From: Bdellovibrionota bacterium
Lineage (GTDB): Bacteria > Bdellovibrionota_C > UBA2361 > CAKMMH01
Length of the DNA: 64,000 nt
Assembly (NCBI GenBank): GCA_050952645.1
Contig: JBMNLI010000012.1
Coordinates: 128,001 to 192,000 of the forward strand
Direction of reading: 5' to 3'
Every line of letters begins with the position of its first letter. Positions within the stretch are counted from its first letter, which is position 1. Position numbers and translations under genes: made by a program. This document shows positions 51,095 through 61,020 of the stretch, in pieces. The notes under the pieces were generated by a model. That model was not told the origin of the DNA. It saw only the letters and a list, made by a program, of their open reading frames with translations, and did no database searches.

Positions 51095-52144
51095 TTACTT
51101 TAAAGGTGTTTTCGTATAATTTTTGATGCTATTTAAGTAGTTTTGTAGTTTTGCGACGCCACTTTTAGAGTCGTGTAAGTAGCCTTGTAAGTAATTTTTT
51201 TCAATTTCTAATAATAGCTCATTTGCCTTATTATAATAAGTATCGAAATAACTATAAGCTTCTCTTATTATTCCATATTCTTTAAGTTCTAGGGTAATGT
51301 CTTTTAGTAGCGTATCATCAACCGTTAAAGCATTAAGGTAGGTATCAAAAAGCTTCGTTTTTTTATTTAACCATAGAGATACGATAATAGAGGGTTTTTT
51401 TTCTATAAAATCTATTCCTTGTTTTTTGCCTGTTATTTCCTTACTTGCCGTAATATCTAAAATATCATCGGCTATTTGAAAGCAAACCCCGATTAGCTCT
51501 CCTAGCTTTTTAAATTCTTTATATAAATTATTGTCAAAATCATTTTCTTTTACGTTTAAAAGATACCCTCCCATGGCACACAGTGAAAAAAGAGAGCTAG
51601 TTTTATCTTTCATAATACTTAGAGAGTCGTTTAGAGTAGCAGTTTTTAAGTTTATATCTAGCTCTTTAAATTCGCCTTGTATAAGTCTTAAAGCGGCTTG
51701 CTTAATCTCTACAATAAGTTTTTTAGGCAAATCGATGGCATAATCAAAAGCAAAGGCGAGTAGATAATCGCCTGAAAGGATAGCTTTCGTGTCTCCGTAT
51801 TTTTCTTTTACAGTAGGTTTTGAGCGTCTAACGATAGAGTCGTCTATAATATCATCGTGTATCAGCGTAGCGTTATGTAAAAGCTCTACACTAGTAGCAA
51901 AGTTAGTAGTAGGCTCGTTTATCTTGCTTGAAAATAAACTTGCAACTATAAAGATTAGCAAGGGACGCACTCTCTTACCGCCTGCAAAAATTTGGTATCT
52001 AGAAATACTGTCTAAAAGAGTTTCATTTGAAAAACTTTCGTTAAAATTTTGGTATATAATATTTAACTCTTCTTTAAATTGTTCTAGTAAATTATCTTCT
52101 TTATTTTTTGATGTATTGTTTTTTGATATATTATTTTTTGACAT
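51095..52144 (-). CDS. Polyprenyl diphosphate synthase
   Basis: GGKRVRP, LIHDDIIDD, KT, FQIADDILD. Likely start ATG at 52144. Confidence 0.93.
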   Translation of the reverse strand: MSKNNISKNNTSKNKEDNLLEQFKEELNIIYQNFNESFSNETLLDSISRYQIFAGGKRVRPLLIFIVASLFSSKINEPTTNFATSVELLHNATLIHDDIIDDSIVRRSKPTVKEKYGDTKAILSGDYLLAFAFDYAIDLPKKLIVEIKQAALRLIQGEFKELDINLKTATLNDSLSIMKDKTSSLFSLCAMGGYLLNVKENDFDNNLYKEFKKLGELIGVCFQIADDILDITASKEITGKKQGIDFIEKKPSIIVSLWLNKKTKLFDTYLNALTVDDTLLKDITLELKEYGIIREAYSYFDTYYNKANELLLEIEKNYLQGYLHDSKSGVAKLQNYLNSIKNYTKTPLK

Positions 52145-52198
52145 ATAACGTATAATAAAAAGAATTGATGGAAAATACAAGCAAGGGAAAAGTTTTTT

Positions 52199-53075
52199 AT
52201 GGTATTATCAAAAATAAAGTTTTGGTTTAGAGCCGCAAGAGGCTATTCACTTCCGATGAGTGCTTTAAGTTTTTTAGTAGTGTTCGTTTGGTGCTTAAAA
52301 CTTAAAGGGAATGCTATTTATGGTCTATTTTCACTTATCGGGATAGTTTTTTCACATCTAGGCACGAATCTTTTCGATGATTTTATAGATTTTAAAAATA
52401 ATATTTCTAAGCAAGATGTTGAGAGAGTCTATTTTGAAGAAGCAAATATTTCATTAAAAACGATTTTTTTTGCGTCTTTTTTATGCTTTTCTATCGCCGT
52501 ATTTATCGGATTGTTTTTCGTTATAAAAATAGGTTTTTTAGTTTTAGTAATAAGTTTACTTACTGGAATGTTATGCCTTTTATACCCTAAATTAAACCAC
52601 TATTCGTTTGGAGAGATAGCGATTTTTTTTAATCTTTGGTCCTAATATATTTTATGGTGTAAGCTTAGTTATGGGAGTGCCATTTAGTAGAGAGTTAATG
52701 ATGATTTCAGTGCTAGTAGGTATTCTTACAGTAGTATTGCTTTTATCGCATGCTTTTATGGACTTTGATAGCGATAAAAAAAATAACAAGAAAACGCTTC
52801 TAGTTCGTTTGAAAACTAAAGAGCGAGCATTGAATTTTTTATTTTTGTTAGTTTTTATATCTTACGTGCTAATTTTTTTGTTAGTCTATTTTAAGATAAT
52901 ATCTTGCGTAGGGTTAATCGCAATTTTTACATTGCCTATGGTCTATAGGCTTTATACTTATTTAAAAGAATATATAAAAAATCCTTTGCCTAATGTGTTT
53001 TTAAGAAATTTTAAATTAGCTAGAAACTTAGTATCAAGTTTAGATGTAATTTTAGCGATAGCCATTATTTTTTAG
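52199..53075 (+). pseudogene. menA: MenA-like UbiA prenyltransferase split by a +1 T-run frameshift (probably sequence error)
   Basis: RAARGYSLP, NLFDDFIDF, DFDSDKKNNKKTL. Deleting one T in the T8 run at 52623-52630 fuses the two ORFs. Confidence 0.8.
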
Positions 53076-53278
53076 GCTGTTATTTTTTAAGTAGGTATTT
53101 TTTAAGTAGGTATTTTTTAAGTAAGTGTTTTAAAAATAAATATTTTTAAAGTAGAAAGAAAAAAGTAGAGAAACAAAAATAAAACAACAAATAAAACAAT
53201 AAATAAAATAATTAAGAAATAATCAAAGAGAGAATAGGAGAGAAAAAGAAAAAGAAATAAGAAAGAAAAAAGAAAAAA

Positions 53279-53355
53279 TGGCGTCCCCAATGGGATTCGA
53301 ACCCATGTTTACAGCGTGAAAGGCTGCTGTCCTAGGCCGACTAGACGATGGGGAC
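53279..53355 (-). tRNA. tRNA-Glu (TTC), CCA encoded
   Basis: Acceptor stem GTCCCCA/TGGGGAC, anticodon arm GCAGC-CTTTCAC-GCTGT, T-loop TTCGAAT, 3' GCCA. Confidence 0.97.
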
Positions 53356-53490
53356 GCAAGGACTTAAACTTTTTTAAAGTTTTTTCTTTGAGCTTATCCT
53401 CAAAGACTCGTAAAGAATATAAAAATTTTAGAATTTAATCAAGACTTTTATTATAATAATTATAATATTTGCTATAAAACTTTAGAGCAT

Positions 53491-54561
53491 ATGGAAAACT
53501 TAACACTATCTTACGATAAATTGTGTAAAATCACAGAAAGTAGCGGTGCAAATCTTTGTGGCGTGTCGGAAGCTAAAAGTTTGGGTAGTAAAGCTTTTAA
53601 AAAGTGGCAAGATAAAGGAGGTCAAGGTGATTTAGAATACTTAAAAAAAGATCCCGATTTTTATTTTACCCCTACTAATTTGCTAAAAGAGGCCAAGAGC
53701 GTTTTAATATTTTTATTTTTCTACGAAGATAGCTCTTATAATCTTTTAGAATGTCCTAGTGGGTTTGCACGTGTAGCTAGGTTTGCGTATGGGAAAAACT
53801 ATCATAAAGTTATTAAGAAAAATTTAGAAAGTATCGCTAAACTTATTAGTGAAGAAATAAAAAGCGATGATTTTAAGTATAGAGTTTTTGTAGATGCCGT
53901 TCCATTGCAAGAACGAAGTTTCGCAAGAAACGCTAATTTAGGTTTTATTGGCAACTCTTCGATGCTAGTAAATGAAGATTTTGGATCGTATTTTTTTATA
54001 AGTGAAATTATTACTAATATAACTATAACCGATATACCGATAAAAAAGAGGAGAGAATATTCTAATAATTGTGATAGTTGCAATAATTGTCTTAAAGCTT
54101 GCGTAAATAATGTTAAAAAGGAGGGGTTCTTTAGTGTAAATAGATGCACTTCGTATTTAACTATTGAAAAAAAGGGGGTTATTAAAAAAGAAGATTGGAA
54201 ACTTTTAGGAGATTGGATTTTTGGTTGTGATTTTTGCCAAGTAGCCTGTCCATTTAATGCTAAAGGTAAAAAAATAGCACATAGGCTTAATTTAGGAGCT
54301 AGCATTACTAAAAATGGTCTTGTAAGTATTAAGGATTTACTAACTATAAAAGATGATAAGGAGTTTTTAAAAAGGTTTGCTGGCACATCTTTTATGCGTG
54401 CTAAAAGAGAGAATATTATTAGAAATAGTCTTATAGTTCTTGCTAATCAAAAAAACATTAAGTTTCTTGATATAATTGAAAGTTTAAGCAATAATGATGA
54501 AAGTAGGGTCGTAAGATGCACTGCAAAGGAAGTTTTTGAAGAGCTCTTATTATCGTTATAA
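53491..54561 (+). CDS. queG: Epoxyqueuosine reductase
   Basis: VARFAYGKNYH, FVDAVPLQER, CDSCNNCLKAC, RCTSYLTIE, FGCDFCQVACPFN. Confidence 0.92.
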   Translation: MENLTLSYDKLCKITESSGANLCGVSEAKSLGSKAFKKWQDKGGQGDLEYLKKDPDFYFTPTNLLKEAKSVLIFLFFYEDSSYNLLECPSGFARVARFAYGKNYHKVIKKNLESIAKLISEEIKSDDFKYRVFVDAVPLQERSFARNANLGFIGNSSMLVNEDFGSYFFISEIITNITITDIPIKKRREYSNNCDSCNNCLKACVNNVKKEGFFSVNRCTSYLTIEKKGVIKKEDWKLLGDWIFGCDFCQVACPFNAKGKKIAHRLNLGASITKNGLVSIKDLLTIKDDKEFLKRFAGTSFMRAKRENIIRNSLIVLANQKNIKFLDIIESLSNNDESRVVRCTAKEVFEELLLSL

Positions 54562-54624
54562 AAGATATATTTATAAGGATATATAAAGTTTTAAGAAACA
54601 AGCTTTTAAAAATGTATTTCTTTT

Positions 54625-54740
54625 AAGTTTAGAAAAAAAAGTTTTAGAAAAAGAAGTTTTAGAAAAAGAAGTTTTAGAAAAAGAAGTTTTAGAAAAAGAA
54701 GTTTAGAAAAAGAAGTTTAGAAAAAGAAGTTTAGAAAAAG
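54625..54740. repeat. 14-15-bp tandem repeat (aagttt(t)agaaaaag), 8 copies
   Basis: Directly visible, no spacers. Confidence 0.92.
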
Positions 54741-54751
54741 GAATTTTGTAA

Positions 54752-55375
54752 ATGAAAAAAATATCATCAGAACTAATAAAAAACAGATTATCAATTTTTA
54801 TTTTAATTATTTTAGCGTCAAATTTTTTAATTTCTTGCACACCGAGTTTAGAAAATTCATTAAATATTAATGCTATTAGTGCGCCTAAAAAAGAAGAATC
54901 TAAAATAAAAAATGTTTACAAAAGCACGGTAAAACCAAGAGTTAGAGTGGGCATAGTAAACGATGTTAGAAATCATAAAATAGTAGGAGAAATGCACGGA
55001 CGCTCTTATACAGAGGCGCAAGATAGCACAAAGATTATTCAAATGGGAATAGAAAAATATTTTAATGATAATGATTACGACGTAGTGTTATTTAATGCCC
55101 CAACGATAGTAGGGGAGCTACACAATTGGATGGTTTACATCAATCCAAAAACTTTTACTAATAAGGTCGAAGCAAAAACGGAGGTTATTTTATCTCTTTT
55201 AGATAGAAAAGGCAGAGTAATATATCGCTCGATTTATTCTGGAAGTTATGGCGAAACTGGAATGTTTTTCTCTCAAGCAGATATAGAAAGAACGTTAACT
55301 TACGCTATGCACTACGCTTTAAGGGGCGCTAGTAATGATGCTAGAATGAGGCAGCTTATTAGGGAAAATCAATAA
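54752..55375 (+). CDS. Lipoprotein, YajG-like
   Basis: Lipobox LISC, VNDVR motif and a beta-rich pattern. Confidence 0.6.
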   Translation: MKKISSELIKNRLSIFILIILASNFLISCTPSLENSLNINAISAPKKEESKIKNVYKSTVKPRVRVGIVNDVRNHKIVGEMHGRSYTEAQDSTKIIQMGIEKYFNDNDYDVVLFNAPTIVGELHNWMVYINPKTFTNKVEAKTEVILSLLDRKGRVIYRSIYSGSYGETGMFFSQADIERTLTYAMHYALRGASNDARMRQLIRENQ

Positions 55376-55436
55376 GTGAAATCAATAAAGTGAAAATCGA
55401 TAAAGTCTTTTAGTTTTTAAGATTGCATTTTTAAAT

Positions 55437-56636
55437 ATGGTTATCTCTATAAGAAAATCAACTAAAGAAGACAGAGATATAATTATTTCGGTCATAGATA
55501 GAGCTTTTGAAAGGTCTAAGGAGGAGAGCTTTGAGTTTCGCTACCCTGTGCTTTTTAATGATAAAAGAATTACGGAATATTATATCGCTGAATATGATGG
55601 AAATGTAGCAGGAGTTCTAGGTGCTTATAGAGTAGACCTATTTATAAATAATATTAGGTTTAATGCACGTGGAATAGGTGCAGTTTCTACATTGCATAAG
55701 TATAGAAATAGAGGCGTTATGACTAGCCTTTTAAATTTTGCAATAGAAGAAATGAAAAAGGAAGATATCGATATTAGTTATCTTTGGGGAGAACGCTTTA
55801 GGTATGGAAACTTTGGCTGGGCTCAAGGCGGAGAGGCTAAGATAGTTTCTTTTAGGCAAAAGCAGATGGCGCATCTAATAGAGCCTAATGATAGTATAAA
55901 AGATGATATAAAAGATGATATAAAAGTTGCGACCTCTAAAGATGCCTCTTTAGTCTACGATTTGATTAGGGAAAAATTTTCTTATTTAGATTTTACTAAG
56001 GAAGATATAGCTAGCATGCTTAATGGAAAAAGGCTTAGTGGGCTTAGGTTAAACGACTCGTTTGTGTTTTGGACATGTAGCAAAGTAAATATCATAGAGG
56101 CATTAGGCGATGCAAAAGATATTTTAAAGCTTGCATCTTTTTGTCTTTTGGAAAATCAAAAAGAGAATCAAAAGGAGAATCAAAAAGAAAATCCTAAAGC
56201 CGAGTTTGTTGAGATTGAAGCTTCTAAAGGTTGTAAAGGTTTATTAGAGATTCTTACAGATTACGCTTCGATAGTTCAAACTACGAGTAGTGCAAATTTT
56301 AGAATTATAAACTTTGAAACTTTTCTAAAGAAATTTGCAAAGGCTATGAGTTTTAAATTGCCTAATGTTAAAGAGAGCATATCGCTTGGAAGTTTAGCTA
56401 CTAATAAAGCTTTTACGCTTTCTTGTATTGATAGGGCTTGCATTGATAATAAAGCACTTTTAGTGAAAGAGTGCAATCCTAGCAAGGCTGTGATGCTTAA
56501 TGAAAAAGATTTATCTGAGGTGTTTTTTGGAGAGCTGCCGATAGATATTTTTTTAAAGGATCTTTCTCAGAACTCTATTTTTAGAAGCATACTTCCTATA
56601 AGAGAACTGCATATAAGTAAGTTTTATCGTTTGTAG
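55437..56636 (+). CDS. Eis-like GNAT acetyltransferase
   Basis: GIGAVSTLHKYRNRGVM (acetyl-CoA motif A), RYGNFGW, about 400 aa. Confidence 0.85.
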   Translation: MVISIRKSTKEDRDIIISVIDRAFERSKEESFEFRYPVLFNDKRITEYYIAEYDGNVAGVLGAYRVDLFINNIRFNARGIGAVSTLHKYRNRGVMTSLLNFAIEEMKKEDIDISYLWGERFRYGNFGWAQGGEAKIVSFRQKQMAHLIEPNDSIKDDIKDDIKVATSKDASLVYDLIREKFSYLDFTKEDIASMLNGKRLSGLRLNDSFVFWTCSKVNIIEALGDAKDILKLASFCLLENQKENQKENQKENPKAEFVEIEASKGCKGLLEILTDYASIVQTTSSANFRIINFETFLKKFAKAMSFKLPNVKESISLGSLATNKAFTLSCIDRACIDNKALLVKECNPSKAVMLNEKDLSEVFFGELPIDIFLKDLSQNSIFRSILPIRELHISKFYRL

Positions 56637-56779
56637 AAGTTTTGGGTTCTTCACGTTTTGGGTGGGGGTGATTTTTATTTTTCGCATTGCGGATAAATAG
56701 TTTGTTGTGTTATCTTAAGCTAGATATAAATAAACGTGTTGCAGGTTGTAAAATAGATTTTAGAAAGGGAAAATATTTT

Positions 56780-58048
56780 ATGTCAATTTTAAGTAGTGAT
56801 TTAAGTAGCAATAAAACTAACGTTTATTCCATAGGAGAAAATGTTAGAGTAGTTCTTTATAAAATGTCTTATTTAAATTCAGTTTCTTACAGTATATGGC
56901 TTCCTGGGGGAGGCGTAGCGGATACGGAAGATAAAATAGGTGCATCTATATTTTTGCCTGAAATAACGGCAAGAGGGATTTTAGGATTTGATGCTAAAGC
57001 GCTTAGCGATGCGTTCGATGGATTAGGCGTAAGCCACGGTGAATATACTTTTCTAGATTCTTTTGTTTACCAAGGAACTTGCTTAAAGCATACGGCAAAA
57101 GATGTGCTAAGTAAAGTTTTAGATATGATCTATAAGCCTACATTTCCTAAAGAAGAGATCGAAAATATAAGGGAAGCTTGCCTCCAAGACCTGCAGGCTT
57201 TAGAAGATAACCCATCGAAACTAGTTATCGATAAGCTTAATGAAAAATACCACAATGCACCTTTTAATAGAGGAGGAAATGGCACAAGAAAGGGAATTTT
57301 AGAAACCTCATTAAAAGATATAAAGGCGCTTTATGATAAGTATTACAAAGCACGAGTGCTTATCGTGCTTACGGGAAATTTCGATGATGATATATTAAAA
57401 TATTTAGAAGATTATTATAGTGATAAAAAACTTAAATCTGAGTATGAAAAACCATCATACACTCATAGGGATAGTTTCAATTATTTTCACTTTGATTACG
57501 ATGGTGAGCAAACTCAAATAGCGATAGCTTCAAAAGCGCCTAGTGTATTATCTGAGGATTACTATGCGGCAAGATTAGCCTCCGAGCTTTTATCTGGTGG
57601 CATGTTTGGAAAACTGTTTTTAGAAGTAAGAGAAAAGCGAGGGCTAGTGTATGCCGTTAAAAATTTCTATATCTCTAATCAGTATTATGGTAAAAATGTT
57701 TTATATGCTGGCACTACTCCTAAAAATGCTAAAGAAACGTTGCGTGTAGTGTTAAATACGATAAAAACTTTAGGAGATAATTTAACTAAAGAAGAGTTTT
57801 TAAGAGCAAAGACTAATTTTAAGTCTAAAATTTTAATTCAAGGAGAGTCTTCTCTTTCACGTGCATCGAGGATTGCAGTCGATATGTGGCAATTAGGAAA
57901 GTATAGGGAGAAAGAGTATATAATAAATAAAATAGATGCCCTTACAATAGATGATATTAAAGAGTATTTAAAAAAGTATCCTTATAAGGATTATACGATT
58001 GTAAGTTTAGGAAAAGATGAGATTAGTGAAGTTGCAAAGGAGTTATAA
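56780..58048 (+). CDS. M16 peptidase family, non-catalytic subunit
   Basis: No HxxEH motif. LSGGMFGKLFLEVREKRGLVY. Likely start ATG at 56780. Confidence 0.88.
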   Translation: MSILSSDLSSNKTNVYSIGENVRVVLYKMSYLNSVSYSIWLPGGGVADTEDKIGASIFLPEITARGILGFDAKALSDAFDGLGVSHGEYTFLDSFVYQGTCLKHTAKDVLSKVLDMIYKPTFPKEEIENIREACLQDLQALEDNPSKLVIDKLNEKYHNAPFNRGGNGTRKGILETSLKDIKALYDKYYKARVLIVLTGNFDDDILKYLEDYYSDKKLKSEYEKPSYTHRDSFNYFHFDYDGEQTQIAIASKAPSVLSEDYYAARLASELLSGGMFGKLFLEVREKRGLVYAVKNFYISNQYYGKNVLYAGTTPKNAKETLRVVLNTIKTLGDNLTKEEFLRAKTNFKSKILIQGESSLSRASRIAVDMWQLGKYREKEYIINKIDALTIDDIKEYLKKYPYKDYTIVSLGKDEISEVAKEL

Positions 58049-58053
58049 GTAAT

Positions 58054-59295
58054 ATGGTAGAGTTTACAAATCAAAAATTAAGTAGTGGTTTAGATGTAGT
58101 ATTAGAATACAATCCCGATTGTTCTTCGTGCGCCGTAGGTTATTTTGTAAAGGCTGGTTCGAGAAATGAGACGATAAAAATTGCTGGCATCTCTCATTTT
58201 CTAGAGCATATGTCATTTAAGGGAACTAGCAATAGGAGCGCAGCGGATATAAGTTTTGATATGGGAAGTTTAGGGGCAAGAGCTAATGCTTTTACATCGG
58301 AAGAGTTCACGGTTTATTATGGCGCTGTGATTCCTGAGAATCTTGTTGCTTTTTTAGATATTTTAACGGATATGCAAAAGCCTCTTTTCGATAAAAAAGA
58401 GTTCGACCTTGAAAAGCAAGTTATATTAGAAGAGATAGCTTTATATAAAGATGTGCCTGAGGTAGATTTACTAGATTTATCTTACCAAAATTTTTTTACA
58501 GACCATCCTATGGGAAACTCGGTTATAGGGACTAGTGAAACTATAAAGGGTGTGCAGGTAGAGGATATGAAAGCCTATCACGCCTCTTTATATGCGTGTA
58601 ATAATGTAGTTCTTGCAGTAGCTGGAAATTTTGATAGAAAGGCGCTAGAAGATTATATAGAAACTGCTCAAAGCAGGTTAAATCCGCCTAGTAATATAGT
58701 TCATCCTAAAAAAGCTTTTAAGCCGATTAAGAAAGAGAGAGTGTTTGTTAAAAATAATCTTACTCAAGCTCATAGTTTATTTTTAGTAAACGGTGCGTCT
58801 GTTTACGATGATGATAAGTATGAGCTTAGCGTGCTAGCAAATATTATAGGCGATAGCACTGGGTCTAAATTATACTGGGAGCTTCTTTATCAAGGAATTT
58901 GTGAAGATGTGTCGGTTTATAGCGACGAGCGGCTTGATGGTGGAGCCATTGTATTTTACGCATCATCGACTAGAGAAAACCAAGAAAAAGTAAAACAAGC
59001 TTTATTAAAGCATATAAATTCCCTAGATGATTTTACAGATGAAGAGCTAGAGAGGGCTAAAACTAAGATTATGTCTAATATCACGTTTAGCTCTGAAACT
59101 CCATTTTCTAGACTCGTTTCTCTTGGAACTCACTACCATTTCTTAAAAGAAGAGCATAATGTAAATAAGATAATCGAGCGAATAAGGAAAATTACTAAAA
59201 ATGATGTTAAAAGGGCTATATCTAAATTAGATTTAGAAAATATTGGAAGTTATAGCATGGTAGGAGATAGTCTAGAGGGCAGTATAGAGGGATAG
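58054..59295 (+). CDS. M16 peptidase family, catalytic subunit
   Basis: GSRNE..GISHFLEHMSFKG (HxxEH), NAFT, VILEE. Confidence 0.93.
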   Translation: MVEFTNQKLSSGLDVVLEYNPDCSSCAVGYFVKAGSRNETIKIAGISHFLEHMSFKGTSNRSAADISFDMGSLGARANAFTSEEFTVYYGAVIPENLVAFLDILTDMQKPLFDKKEFDLEKQVILEEIALYKDVPEVDLLDLSYQNFFTDHPMGNSVIGTSETIKGVQVEDMKAYHASLYACNNVVLAVAGNFDRKALEDYIETAQSRLNPPSNIVHPKKAFKPIKKERVFVKNNLTQAHSLFLVNGASVYDDDKYELSVLANIIGDSTGSKLYWELLYQGICEDVSVYSDERLDGGAIVFYASSTRENQEKVKQALLKHINSLDDFTDEELERAKTKIMSNITFSSETPFSRLVSLGTHYHFLKEEHNVNKIIERIRKITKNDVKRAISKLDLENIGSYSMVGDSLEGSIEG

Positions 59296-59768
59296 TAATT
59301 TTAAGGTTTTAACACACCTTTAAACGTGAAGAACTATTTTGGTTCTTTGACGTTTTAGGTGGGTTAGAAAAATTGTTTTTGGAGGTTAGCTTAAAAGAAA
59401 GTTGACTTTTATATAAAACTAACTATAGTTTAAAAAAAATTACAGCTATATTTAAAGTCAATTTTCTTTTAGGCTTCGTGAGTGAGTGATACTAATTTTT
59501 AAGGTTTTAACACGCCTTTAAACGTGAAGAACTATTTTGGTTCTTTGACGTTTTAGGTGGGTTAGAAAAATTGTTTTTAGAGGTTAGCTTAAAAGAAAAT
59601 TGACTTTTATATAAAACTAACTATAGTTTAAAAAAAATTACAGCTATATTTAAAGTCAATTTATTTTATGCAAATTCCTTTAAAGTTGTTAAAGTCAATT
59701 TTCTTTTAGGCTTCGTGGGTGAGTGATACTAATTTTTAAGGTTTTAACACACCTTCAACGGTAAAGAA
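59296..59768 (-). mobile_element. Tandem array of the MITE-like element (one end fragment plus two copies)
   Basis: Copies start ggttctttgacgttttagg at 59341 and 59539 (198-bp period). Reverse complement matches 11312-11536. Confidence 0.85.
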
Positions 59769-59914
59769 AGATTTTTTTTAAGAAAATTATAAGCAGTTTT
59801 GTTAATAATGCAGATAAATATATGTCGTAACCTTGAAATACGCTTGATAATACGATTGTGTTTTAAAGGTTTTACTAAAGGAACATCTCTTTTTGCATAG
59901 AAAGGAAACAAGAG

Positions 59915-60496
59915 ATGAGAAATGCGTTGCATATTAAGGCGATTTTCATTGTTCAACGAAGATGTTCTTCGGGGAAAGTACGAGAAGAATTTGTGTCAGT
60001 GCGAATCGTTATGGAGTATGACGGAAATTCTTCTAATGATGCTGTTATACAATTTGTTTAAAAGGTGTATCCTAAAGCAGAGCTTTGCTATGTTTCGATT
60101 CAATTTGGACTTTGTGAAGACTATATACAATTTAGCTCTAAGTTTGAACCCATTGAAATCTTTAAAAAAGATGATGTTGACGAAAGTCCTCTAGAAAAAG
60201 CGCTTGAAAGTTTCGATGAATCAATAAAATCCCAAGCTTATTATCTGGATTGTCGTAGGGTCGAGTTATGGCGTTGGCAGCGTATAGCGAAAAGCTCGTT
60301 TTTAGAACAATTTCATAATATTGTAATAATCGCATCTTCAGCTAGTCTCGGAATAGAAAATTTCTCAGAATGCGGTTCTCTACTATTCCCAAAAGAAAAA
60401 TTTGATGATTTATTGTTGCACGAATGTTTATATGACTTAAATTCTGGCTTTTCTTTAGGGCTAGCTCACCCTTACTTTTTTGGATCTCCTGACTAA
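59915..60496 (+). pseudogene. Orphan gene of 193 codons interrupted by one in-frame TAA
   Basis: AAAGGA ribosome-binding site and ATG at 59915 in frame with ORF 60065-60496. Single stop at 60059-60061. Strong terminator downstream. Confidence 0.55.
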
Positions 60497-60530
60497 ACGG
60501 TAGCGCACCGATTTAAGCCTAAGTCTAACT

Positions 60531-60568
60531 CTAAAGGGGCGAACGCTTTAGCCGTTCGCCCCTTTTAG
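60531..60568 (+). terminator. GC-rich hairpin terminator
   Basis: ctaaaggggcgaacg-ctttagc-cgttcgccccttttag. Confidence 0.75.
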
Positions 60569-60773
60569 GAGTTCTTTGTTTACTTTAGGTAGGCTTATTT
60601 TAGTTTTCTTGCGTTTAAATAAAGGCTCTAGAAGCAGTATCTTTTTGAGGTTACGACTTTTTTTTTAATCAAAATTTTTTTTTAGCCAAGATTTTGTCAT
60701 TTATTAAATAGAAAAAACATTATTATAACTCTTAACTTATCAAAATCATTATATAAATAAATTTTACCCTACT

Positions 60774-60789
60774 TGGTATATTCTTTGCA
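60774..60789 (+). promoter_or_regulatory. Putative sigma54 (-24/-12) promoter of flhB-flhA
   Basis: TGGTAT-ATTCT-TTGCA matches TGGCAC-N5-TTGCW spacing exactly. Confidence 0.65.
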
Positions 60790-60828
60790 GAATATTCTAG
60801 TTGTATCTTAAAGTGTCAAAAAAATTTA

Positions 60829-60940
60829 GTTCTTTCACGTTTTAAGTGGGTTAGGAAAATAGTTTCTTTTTTAGGGGCTTTGTGGAGAGGTTGGACTAAT
60901 TTTAAAACTAACTTAAAACCCACCTTAAAACGTAAAGAAC
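60829..60940. repeat. Short MITE-family derivative with long inverted termini
   Basis: gttctttcacgttttaagtgggtt..aacccaccttaaaacgtaaagaac. Confidence 0.75.
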
Positions 60941-61020
60941 AAAAAAAATTTTGTTTCTGTATTTTACTTTTGTTTTATTTTGCTTTTATTTAAAGGTATT
61001 TAAAGGGATTTATATAGACT

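Noticed and set aside
53080..53490. Integrative element at tRNA-Glu
   Set aside because: No integrase and no duplicated tRNA 3' end in the window. The flanking genes are housekeeping and the adjacent DNA is only a purine-rich low-complexity tract.
54625..54740. Possible CRISPR array (also 22590-22653 and 59296-59768)
   Set aside because: Repeats are contiguous with no unique spacers, the unit lengths are wrong, and there are no cas genes in the window.
59922..60194. 90-aa ORF overlapping 60065-60496, and 59744-59956 on the minus strand
   Set aside because: The frame starting at ATG 59915 has the better-placed RBS and joins the downstream ORF. These two look like alternative-frame artefacts.
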